The position numbers and the translations under genes are program-made. From assembly GCA_965249225.1 (NCBI GenBank), contig CBDFLT010000007.1, positions 88,894-152,893 on the forward strand: DNA of 64,000 nucleotides, in the 5' to 3' direction. Within the stretch, counting starts at the first letter, position 1; every line of letters starts with the position of its first letter. Shown piece by piece: positions 56,490 to 64,000 of this stretch. The stretch comes from Dehalococcoidia bacterium (GTDB lineage Bacteria; Chloroflexota; Dehalococcoidia; Lucifugimonadales; G963668185). A model generated the notes under the pieces. The model was not told the origin of the DNA. It worked only from the letters and a program-made list of their open reading frames with translations, and made no database searches.

Positions 56490-57868
56490 CAGCTTGTGGA
56501 TGCGGAGGCCACCTCGTCGGCAGCCAGCACCCCGCTTCTGACCGCTCCCTCCATCGTAGATGGCCAGCCGGTGTCGGTCCACTCTCCGGCCAGAAACAGG
56601 TTCTGTATCGGGGTCTTCTGCGGCAATCGATGCCTTGCGGCGCCGGGCACCGAGCGGAAGGTGGCCTTGGGCTGTTTGACGACCAGGAACCGCTCGATTT
56701 TCGCCTCTCGGGCCTTTGGGAACAGGGCCTCCATTTCCCTCGCGAACATCTCCCTCAACTCGTCTTTGGGCTTGTCCACGAACTGCCACGCCCCGCTCAG
56801 CGAGATGCAGCAGTATTGGCCTGGGTAGCCAGTGAGTTGCTGGATGGCGCTCTTGTTGAACACCCACTGCACCGGGCTATCCAGAAACCCCACGAAGTCC
56901 TGGTCCATTACCGGCCTATCGTACCACAGGTGTACGCCCACGATGGGTGAGGAGGTTAGCCCTCTCGCCCCGGCGAAGAACGGCTCATCTGCGACTTCAG
57001 CAGGGAGGACCTGTAGCAGGACGTCGTAGGGCAGGGCGCTGACGTAGACATCCGCCTGCAGCACGTGACCATCCGAGAGCTCTACGCCCGTGACCTCGCC
57101 GTCCCGGACCTGGACCGACCGCACCGCCTTACCCAGAACGAACTTGCTTCCGCCCTTCTCCAGCATGGACTTGGCCGGGTCTCCGGCCAATGACGTGAGT
57201 CCCACCTTCGAGAAGCCCATGGCCGCGTTGGACGGCTTTTTCAGCAGCACCTCCTGGAATACCATCAGCGCCATGTCGGCGCTCACGTCTCGTACGTCAT
57301 CGTTAAGGGTGGGGAGGATTATCAGGTTCCACAGGTTGTCTATGGCTCGCTCGGTCTGGTGATGTCGCTTGAGCCACTGGTACGCCGTCTGTCCGTCGAG
57401 CTCCTGGGCGTGTTTGCGCCTGGAGGTCAGCTTCATGCTGAGAAGGCCGTAGATGGCCAGGAGCTTGTCTATAAGGCCGAGGTGTGGATATCGGATAAAC
57501 GACGGCAGCAGGTGCAGCGGTCCGAGAAGGGGAGTGCTGCTGAGAACGCCCGTCTTCCCGTTCCGGACGATTTCGGCGTGCAGCCTGTCCTGAAGGTACG
57601 CCTTGTCCTGGGCCCCCGCCCATTTGAGGAAGTCGATGTAGTAGGTGAAGCAACCCGTGAACACGTGCTGTCCGTTGTCGACCTCCCGCTGGACTTCACT
57701 GTCCATGAAGGAAAATGCGCGGCCGCCGAGGAAGGGGCGCATCTCCACCAGCGTGACGTGGTAACCGTGCTCAAGCAGGCGATGGGCCGCCGACAGTCCT
57801 GAAAGTCCGCCTCCTAGGACGGCTACGGTCCCAGTAGGGGGACCGCTCGGATCATGCTCTGCGTCCAT
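56489..57868 (-). CDS. hpnE: Hydroxysqualene dehydroxylase HpnE
   Basis: GGGLSGLSAA, GGRAFSF, DNGQH, SSPIV.VHLWYDR, AGEWTDTGWPSTMEGAVRSG. Confidence 0.92.
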   Translation of the reverse strand: MDAEHDPSGPPTGTVAVLGGGLSGLSAAHRLLEHGYHVTLVEMRPFLGGRAFSFMDSEVQREVDNGQHVFTGCFTYYIDFLKWAGAQDKAYLQDRLHAEIVRNGKTGVLSSTPLLGPLHLLPSFIRYPHLGLIDKLLAIYGLLSMKLTSRRKHAQELDGQTAYQWLKRHHQTERAIDNLWNLIILPTLNDDVRDVSADMALMVFQEVLLKKPSNAAMGFSKVGLTSLAGDPAKSMLEKGGSKFVLGKAVRSVQVRDGEVTGVELSDGHVLQADVYVSALPYDVLLQVLPAEVADEPFFAGARGLTSSPIVGVHLWYDRPVMDQDFVGFLDSPVQWVFNKSAIQQLTGYPGQYCCISLSGAWQFVDKPKDELREMFAREMEALFPKAREAKIERFLVVKQPKATFRSVPGAARHRLPQKTPIQNLFLAGEWTDTGWPSTMEGAVRSGVLAADEVASASTS

Positions 57869-58704
57869 AACCTAGCCGTAAGAAGTAGCTTTGCTCTCTT
57901 GCTCAAGCCGATGCGCCGCTGGAACACGTCGAACCCCGAGGCCTCTATGCGATCCAACAAGGCGCTGTACACCCCGTGGAGCACGGCGGGGCAGGCCCGT
58001 GATCGGGGCGAAAGAAGGGGCAGAAGACGCCGCCCACTGGCGAAGTATCTTCGTGCCCGGTCCACCTGAAACCTCATGAGACGCAGGAAGTTGTCGTTTA
58101 CCACACCGTTGAGCAGATCGGCTTCCGAGTAGCCGAATGAGGCCATCTCGTCCAGCGGCAGGTAGATTCTGCCTCGCTCCGCGTCCTCTTTGACGTCGCG
58201 CAGGATATTGGTCAGCTGCATGGCCAGGCCCAAGTCGACTGCGTACTCCCTGGCCTTTGGGTCTTCGTACTCGAACACTTCGATGCAGATGAGGCCCACC
58301 ACGGAGGCCACCTTGTAGCAGTAACCCCTCAGCTCGTCGAAGTTCTGGAACCGGGTCTGAAGGAGGTCCATCTCCACTCCTTCGATCACCTCTTCGAAAT
58401 AGTGAGTGGGGATGTGGAAGGTGCGGACGGTGTCCTGGAGAGCTAAAAACACGGGGTCTTTGGCCTTGCCGCCGTTCACCATCTCCTTCAGCTGCCGGCG
58501 GGTCTGAGCGAAGAGAGCCCTCTTTTCCTCAAGGGAGTTGTTCTCGTCGGAGATGTCGTCGCAGAGCCGGCAGAAGGCATAGGTGGCGTAGATGGCGCGG
58601 CGCTTTCGAGAGGGCAGTGTACGGAAGGCGTAGTAGAAGTTCTTCGCGTACTCTTTGGCTACCCGCTGACAGTGATCGTAGGCCGGCTGCAGTTCGCTTC
58701 CCAT
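57823..58704 (-). CDS. hpnD: Presqualene diphosphate synthase HpnD
   Basis: AKNFYYAF..LP, YAFCR.CDD..D, YCY.VAS.VG, QLTNILRDV.ED. Confidence 0.9.
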   Translation of the reverse strand: MGSELQPAYDHCQRVAKEYAKNFYYAFRTLPSRKRRAIYATYAFCRLCDDISDENNSLEEKRALFAQTRRQLKEMVNGGKAKDPVFLALQDTVRTFHIPTHYFEEVIEGVEMDLLQTRFQNFDELRGYCYKVASVVGLICIEVFEYEDPKAREYAVDLGLAMQLTNILRDVKEDAERGRIYLPLDEMASFGYSEADLLNGVVNDNFLRLMRFQVDRARRYFASGRRLLPLLSPRSRACPAVLHGVYSALLDRIEASGFDVFQRRIGLSKRAKLLLTARLWTQSMIRAVPLLGP

Positions 58705-58742
58705 GGAGAGCCCGGCAGAATGGCGGTTCACTGTGTTGGTGG

Positions 58743-59636
58743 TCAGACTCTGCCCAGGAGCTTCAGCTTCAGCGCCGTAAGCAGCATGAGGCGGATTCTG
58801 AACGCCCTGGACAGGGTTGGCCGCTTGCTCAACACATCGTACCTCTGGCGTTCGATGGCGTCCAAGACCTTCATCCCCCCCCGGCTGAATAGGGCTACGT
58901 CCAGCTTCAAGCGTCCCTCCAGAGTACCCACCAGCTCAAGCCCTCGATGGAAGAGGTCGCGGGTCCTGTCCACTTCGAAGGCCATCATCCGGCGGAAGGC
59001 GTCATCCGCGACGCCTCGACTCAGTTCGTCCTCAGAGTAGCCGAATCGCTCCATGTCCTCCTGGGGAATGTAAATCCGGCCCATCGCATAGTCCCTTGCC
59101 ACGTCCTGCCAGAAGTTGGCTAGCTGAAGGGCCGTGCAGGTATAGTCGGAGAGGTGCTGACGCTCAGTGTCCCGGTACCCGAACACGTACAGGACCAGGT
59201 GTCCTACAGGGTTCGCCGAGTGCTGGCAGTACCAGCCTAGGTCTTCGTAGGTTGGGAAACGCTTTACCCGCTGGTCCATGCGGTTGGCCTCGATCAACTT
59301 CAGGAAAGGCTCCCTAGGTATATCGTGGGCCTGGATGGTCTGCTGGAGGGCGATCATATATGGGTGATGGGGCGTCCCCTCGTAGCAGCGGAGGAGGTCC
59401 TGCTCCCACAGGTCAAGCGCGTGTAACTTGTCGCCTCTGTGCTCGTCGCCGAGGTCGTCCACGCCCCTGCAAAAGGCGTAAATGGCGTACATGTGATCGC
59501 GGGCCAAGCGGGGGAGAAACCAGGAGACGACCGTGAAATTCTCGTAGTGGGTTCCGGCCAGGTCCTGGCACCGGGCGTAGGCCTCTTTTACCGTTGCAGC
59601 GGGTCCAGAGGCGGCTCCGGCCAGGAGGGACTCCAT
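58743..59636 (-). CDS. hpnC: Hydroxysqualene synthase HpnC
   Basis: HYENFTV.S, YAFCR.VDDLGDE, SANPVG.LVL, CTALQLANFWQDV. Confidence 0.92.
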   Translation of the reverse strand: MESLLAGAASGPAATVKEAYARCQDLAGTHYENFTVVSWFLPRLARDHMYAIYAFCRGVDDLGDEHRGDKLHALDLWEQDLLRCYEGTPHHPYMIALQQTIQAHDIPREPFLKLIEANRMDQRVKRFPTYEDLGWYCQHSANPVGHLVLYVFGYRDTERQHLSDYTCTALQLANFWQDVARDYAMGRIYIPQEDMERFGYSEDELSRGVADDAFRRMMAFEVDRTRDLFHRGLELVGTLEGRLKLDVALFSRGGMKVLDAIERQRYDVLSKRPTLSRAFRIRLMLLTALKLKLLGRV

Positions 59637-59643
59637 GGGAGAG

Positions 59644-60123
59644 TCACACCCCTAATATCTGCACTAGAATCTCACGCTCGACGCCATTGCCCGCCTTCTG
59701 GAAGTCCAACTCTACCATAAAGATCCGCTGCCACGTGCCCAGCGCAAGGGCGCCGTCGATGATGGGGATGTACTCGCTGCTGCCCAAGGTGAGATGCTGG
59801 CAGTGAGAGTGTCCGTTAGGGCACTCGTCTTCGTGCATGTGGACAGTTCGTACGGAGAAGTCGTTGTGCCGGTATTGGGCGGACCGTGGCGAGACACGCT
59901 CAAGGAAGTTGGCCATATCCTCCAGAAGAAGAGGCTCATTCTCCTGGATGGTGATGGCCGCAGTGGTGTGTCTTGAGAAAGCCACAGCTAGGCCGTTGCG
60001 AATCCGGGAGTCCTGCACGCACTCAGTGATGCGATCGGTGATGTCGACGAATTCCGGGGCCGCCGCGGCTGCCACGTGCAGCGTAAATAGGCTGGTGTTA
60101 ACGGAAGCCTCGCTTACTCGCAT
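59644..60123 (-). CDS. YjbQ/UPF0047-family protein
   Basis: DIT, HTTAAI.IQENEP, Y.H, NGHSH, LGTWQ.IF.VELD. Confidence 0.9.
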   Translation of the reverse strand: MRVSEASVNTSLFTLHVAAAAAPEFVDITDRITECVQDSRIRNGLAVAFSRHTTAAITIQENEPLLLEDMANFLERVSPRSAQYRHNDFSVRTVHMHEDECPNGHSHCQHLTLGSSEYIPIIDGALALGTWQRIFMVELDFQKAGNGVEREILVQILGV

Positions 60124-60232
60124 TAAACGACCTCTCTATTCACTGGTGTATCTGGCGAAATGAGCCAGACGCACCCAAGGTGGAACATTAACATACCGAC
60201 GAGAATTAATTCAATCGTCTTCGCTTGCTGTT

Positions 60233-62293
60233 TCATTCGGACATAGCCTGTTTTTGCTTGGCTGTCGACCTCTGGCGCTGGTTCCCCACAGCCTCGCCAT
60301 TCAGAGACGTTCTGTACCTTCCCAGAGCCGTCAGGGGCCAGTAGTTCCTGTACATGTGGTAATTAATCATGAAACCCGCGCGTAACTCGGCTCCCTGGAA
60401 CTCGGGTTCATCGGGGGAATAGAACTTGTCGGGCCGCTGTCCAATGCCGTACCCCGGAAATCCCGTTCCAGTAAAATACGGCTCATCCCATGAGCCGTCC
60501 TCCTGCTGTGTTCGTATCAGGTACCCGATGCCCTGACGTGTGGCGGGGTTGCTGCTCTCCCCCGCGGCAAGCATGGCCATCAAGGCCCAGGCTGTCTGCG
60601 ATGCGGTACTGGGGCCTCGACCCGCGTGGGCACGGTCCACGTATGAGATGCAGCTTTCTCCCCACCCGCCATCGGGGTTTTGGTGTTCCACCACCCAACT
60701 GACAGCCCGGCGGACGTACTCGGCGTTCATGTCCATGCCTACAGACTGGAGGGCAGGCAATACCGCACCGGTTCCGTAGATATAGTTGACGCCCCAACGC
60801 CCGAACCACGGCCCGTCCTCTTCCTGCTCAGACAGGATGTACTCGAGCGCCCTCTTCGCGGCCGGATGGCTTGCCGGGTAGCCGAGCTGGGCCATCATCT
60901 CGAGGATGTGGGCCGTGACGTCGACGCTAGGCGGGTCGATGGTCTCACCGAAGTCTGAGAACGGGATTTTCGCCAGGGGGATCTTGTCATTGTCCTTGTC
61001 GAAGGCGCCCCATCCTCCGTTGGCGCTTTGCATACCCAGAAGCCACTGGGTGCCCCGCTCGATGGACTCTTGCAGTTCGGTTGCGTTGGGCACTTCGGTC
61101 TTGTCGAGGGCCATAATGACCTCTGACGAGTCGTCCAGGTCAGGGTAGAGGTCATTTTCAAACTCGAAGGACCAGCCACCGGGCGGCAAGTCCTTGACCT
61201 TCACCTGCCAGTCACCGCCTTGTAGCACCTGCTCTTTGAGCAGCCACTGGGCCGCGTTAACCAAGGCAGGATGATCAGCTGGTAAGCCTGAGTCCGCCAG
61301 CCCGATCATTGCGAGGCCCGTATCCCATACCGGCGACAGACACGCCTGCACTCGGAGGGTGTCTCGCTCCTCTATGGAGAAGGTCTCAAACCCGGCGAGC
61401 CCCTTCTGGATAACCGGGTGGTTCAAGGGATAGCCCAGGGTGTGGAAGGCCATCAATGAGTACACCCATGGCGGTTGTATACCCCCCCAGCTACCGTCGG
61501 CCTCTTGGTGCTCTAAGATCCACTGCTCCGCCCGATTGATGGCTAGGGACCGCGCCGGTTTCCATGGCAGCCTCTCTAGTTGCCTCAGCACAGCGTCGCC
61601 CGTATAGAAGAACGTCTCCCAGCCTACAAGCCGGCGGGGGCGTTCTATCGAGTAATCTACTTCTGAGCGCGGCACCGGATAGAGCTCATCGATATAGGCT
61701 GACTCAGGTATGGAACGAACGGGTTTTCGGTCCAGTATGATAAGCAGAGGCACAATGGTCGCCCTAGCCCAACTGGCGAAGTCGTAGATGGTAACGGGGA
61801 ACCAGTTGGGAAGCAGCATGATCTCGGGTGGCATCACCGGGATGCCCTTCCAGTCCCACTGGTCGAACAGCGCCAGCCATATCCTGGTAAAAATACGGGT
61901 GTTGGGAACGCCTCCCTTGGAGAGGATGAACTCTCTCGCCTTCTTCATGGACGGCTCATCGGCGGAGGTCCCGGCGAGTTTCAGGGCGAAGTAGCACTCT
62001 GTGGAGGTGCTAAGATCGCCCTCGGACCCGTAGAACTGTCCCCACGTTCCATCGTCCCTCTGACGGCTTCGTATGTGGTTCGCCAGCTTCCGCCACCGTT
62101 CCTCATCTCCGATGCCAAGGAAGTGGGTCAGCATGAGAAACTCGGCTTCCATAGTCGCGTTGGACTCCAGCTCTCCCCACCAGTAGCCCTCCGGATGTTG
62201 AACGCTCAGCAGGTAGCCTTGGGCGTGCTTGATTGTCGCGTCCAGCTCCGTCAGTTCCTCTTGGGTTATTTCCTTGTCTCTAATATCGAGCAT
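60233..62293 (-). CDS. shc: Squalene-hopene cyclase
   Basis: YPDLDD (DXDD) motif, SPVWDT, GRWGVNYIYGT, repeated QxxDGxW motifs, FTGTGFP, Y..YWPL.ALGRY. Confidence 0.96.
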   Translation of the reverse strand: MLDIRDKEITQEELTELDATIKHAQGYLLSVQHPEGYWWGELESNATMEAEFLMLTHFLGIGDEERWRKLANHIRSRQRDDGTWGQFYGSEGDLSTSTECYFALKLAGTSADEPSMKKAREFILSKGGVPNTRIFTRIWLALFDQWDWKGIPVMPPEIMLLPNWFPVTIYDFASWARATIVPLLIILDRKPVRSIPESAYIDELYPVPRSEVDYSIERPRRLVGWETFFYTGDAVLRQLERLPWKPARSLAINRAEQWILEHQEADGSWGGIQPPWVYSLMAFHTLGYPLNHPVIQKGLAGFETFSIEERDTLRVQACLSPVWDTGLAMIGLADSGLPADHPALVNAAQWLLKEQVLQGGDWQVKVKDLPPGGWSFEFENDLYPDLDDSSEVIMALDKTEVPNATELQESIERGTQWLLGMQSANGGWGAFDKDNDKIPLAKIPFSDFGETIDPPSVDVTAHILEMMAQLGYPASHPAAKRALEYILSEQEEDGPWFGRWGVNYIYGTGAVLPALQSVGMDMNAEYVRRAVSWVVEHQNPDGGWGESCISYVDRAHAGRGPSTASQTAWALMAMLAAGESSNPATRQGIGYLIRTQQEDGSWDEPYFTGTGFPGYGIGQRPDKFYSPDEPEFQGAELRAGFMINYHMYRNYWPLTALGRYRTSLNGEAVGNQRQRSTAKQKQAMSE

Positions 62294-62331
62294 AGTATCT
62301 GGGGATAGTACTCCGACGAGTTTGGCGGTCT

Positions 62332-63093
62332 CTACAAGGCGGACACCGCAGACCTAAGGAACCTCGACAGCGAAGCGCTGGCGACATTGGCCTGGCGCCT
62401 GAGGTGAAGTAGCCTTGGGGTCTCCGCGGGCCTGGTGATAATGTACCGGACCGCACGCTGCCAGCGGTCAGGACCGTTGCCGTTGATTTCCTGTCCAACG
62501 AAGGCTGGCAGGTCCTGGTCCACGGTATCCAGGACCGAGCGCACTACCAGCGTGGGTATGTGGTGTTGTGTTGCGGCCTGGTTCACCCAGTAGCTCTCCA
62601 TATCGATGATGCTGACCGGGAAGGTTTCGCCGATCCAGGCCTTCATGGAGCTGTTTGGCACGAACATGGACACCGAAAGACAGCCATCTTGAGCGTATCC
62701 GCCGTCAAAGTCATCGATATTGGTAACCACCCTGTCCAGGAGGTCGCTGTCAATGGTCCGCATCGGGTGGGTCTGGTCACGCTCCCAGAGGGCCGGTGGG
62801 CCCTCGATGGACATCAGTGCATTGCATAGGACTAGGCTTCCTGCCTCCATGTTGCGCCGCACCGCCCCCGCGAATCCCGCTGAGATGATGAGTTCGGGCT
62901 TGAACTTCTCGACCGTCTGCTCAGTTGCCGCCTCGGCGCGCTTCCTCCCCGCACCGCCTTCGGCTACGACTACATTTGGCACAGAAGCGGACTGGTAGTA
63001 GCTGATCGCTCCTTCCCGGGTCGTTCTCTTGAATTTTCCCTCCGATAGGTAGTCTTTAAGCTCCTCTCTCAAAGCCGTGACTATCGCTAACAT
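62332..63093 (-). CDS. hpnG: Hopanoid-associated nucleosidase/phosphorylase (HpnG-like)
   Basis: PNP/MTAN fold (TALREE, IISAGFAGA, IDMES, VRSVLD) located between hpnH and shc. Confidence 0.75.
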   Translation of the reverse strand: MLAIVTALREELKDYLSEGKFKRTTREGAISYYQSASVPNVVVAEGGAGRKRAEAATEQTVEKFKPELIISAGFAGAVRRNMEAGSLVLCNALMSIEGPPALWERDQTHPMRTIDSDLLDRVVTNIDDFDGGYAQDGCLSVSMFVPNSSMKAWIGETFPVSIIDMESYWVNQAATQHHIPTLVVRSVLDTVDQDLPAFVGQEINGNGPDRWQRAVRYIITRPAETPRLLHLRRQANVASASLSRFLRSAVSAL

Positions 63094-63138
63094 CGTGAAC
63101 GTCCGGTCCTGTAAAGATGAGGGCAGGCCATCACTTCC

Positions 63139-64000
63139 TCAGGATGCTCCTATGCCGCTGTTCTGGATCGCCCCTTCTCTGATCATCTTTATTGCGTCTC
63201 GCGGATTGGAGAGCGCCTCGAAAAGGGACGCCGATTCAAAGCCGCAGTGCATCATGCAGCTGGCGCAGCGGGGGTCTTTACCCACGCCGTACTTATCCCA
63301 CAGTTCGTCAGTGAACAGGTCGTCGACGTTCTGGGTGTGCCTGTCGCCCAGCAGGTAACAGGGCTCTCTCCAGCCCATCACCGTGTAGGTGGGGTTTGAA
63401 TAGGCCGTACACTGGTACTCCCGGTTGCCACGTAGAAAGTCGAGGTAAAGGGGGTTGTTGTAGAAACGTAGCTTCCTCTTGGGGTCCAGGACGTTCTTAA
63501 AGATCTTGCGCGCCTTTTGCCTGGACAGGAACAACTCCTGCTTGGGTACCGACTCGAACTTGTAACCGGGGGACACCATGCAGCCTTCTACTCCCATGTC
63601 GGTGACCATGGTGAACATCTTGATCAAGTCGTCCTCGTCGCAGCCGTTGAAGACCGTCGTATTGGTGGTTATGCGGTAGCCCTTCTCCAGGGCCGACTCG
63701 ATTCCCCTCATCGCGATCTTGAAGACGCCTTTCCTGTACACGGATCGGTCGTGTGCCTCCTCCATGCCGTCCAAGTGGATCACGAAGCAGAAGTACTTGG
63801 ACGGTGGGATCTTTTTCATCACGCGCTCCATCAGGATGGCGTTTGTGCACATGAATACGAACTTCTTCTTAGCGGTGATGCCGTTGACGATCTCGTGGAT
63901 CTGCTCGTGGATCGTGGGTTCGCCTCCGGCGATGGAGACGATGGGCGCACCCGATTCCTCCACCGCGGCGAGGCACTGCTCAACGGACAGTCTGCGGTTG
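63139..64000 (-). CDS. hpnH: Adenosylhopane synthase HpnH (radical SAM); 5' end lies beyond the window
   Basis: RRLSVEQCLAAVEESGAPIVSIAGGEP, CTNA, HLDG, SPGY, PCYL, YGVG.DPRCASCMMHCGFE. Confidence 0.92.
   Translation of the reverse strand, partial: NRRLSVEQCLAAVEESGAPIVSIAGGEPTIHEQIHEIVNGITAKKKFVFMCTNAILMERVMKKIPPSKYFCFVIHLDGMEEAHDRSVYRKGVFKIAMRGIESALEKGYRITTNTTVFNGCDEDDLIKMFTMVTDMGVEGCMVSPGYKFESVPKQELFLSRQKARKIFKNVLDPKRKLRFYNNPLYLDFLRGNREYQCTAYSNPTYTVMGWREPCYLLGDRHTQNVDDLFTDELWDKYGVGKDPRCASCMMHCGFESASLFEALSNPRDAIKMIREGAIQNSGIGAS

Noticed and set aside
56490-56867. 126-aa N-terminal extension of the dehydrogenase in the ORF track
   Set aside because: Lies wholly inside hpnE in another frame; ATG 56489 coupled to the hpnE stop is the more plausible start
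57823-59636. Carotenoid phytoene synthases (crtB)
   Set aside because: The HYENF motif, pairing with HpnE and adjacency to shc indicate HpnC and HpnD
1-64000. tRNA, rRNA, CRISPR arrays, prophage genes and the many short overlapping ORFs in the track
   Set aside because: No cloverleaf, rRNA, repeat-spacer or phage signatures seen by eye; short overlapping ORFs are expected shadows in GC-rich coding DNA

Overview
GC-rich bacterial chromosome segment. The protein styles, the family-5 solute-binding protein and a REP-like hairpin suggest Chloroflexota/Dehalococcoidia (SAR202-like); this taxonomy is inferred. From left to right: the end of the spc/alpha ribosomal superoperon (secY-adk-map-infA-rpmJ-rpsM-rpsK-[inserted membrane protein]-rpsD-rpoA-rplQ-truA-rplM-rpsI); a candidate small RNA; tag; a TPP enzyme; an orphan oppD/oppF pair; an AT-richer islet (start-less RHH gene plus a DUF262-DUF1524/GmrSD-like nuclease carrying an exact 186-bp in-frame tandem duplication) against the 3' end of hemB; a siroheme/alternative-heme cluster (fused ahbAB, sirC, hemC, cobA-hemD, hemB); pcm-gatB-yvcK-secG-SAM hydrolase; ispD-ispF-cysS; a membrane-protein cluster (Yip1, RDD split by an IS1182-family element, DUF2339, DUF3999) in which both zinc-ribbon genes share a duplicated ~117-bp upstream element; and a suf operon with two sufU genes. 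At the right end is a hopanoid operon (hpnH-hpnG-shc-yjbQ-hpnC-hpnD-hpnE) that runs by overlapping stop/start codons into six more genes: an atypical 2-hydroxyacid-dehydrogenase-fold enzyme, an LsrK-like kinase, a FucA-like aldolase, a small unknown protein, an extended SDR and a nucleoside hydrolase. This extension is the best candidate for an undescribed system. No tRNA, rRNA or CRISPR array was seen. All family calls come from motif recognition by eye; no database was searched.
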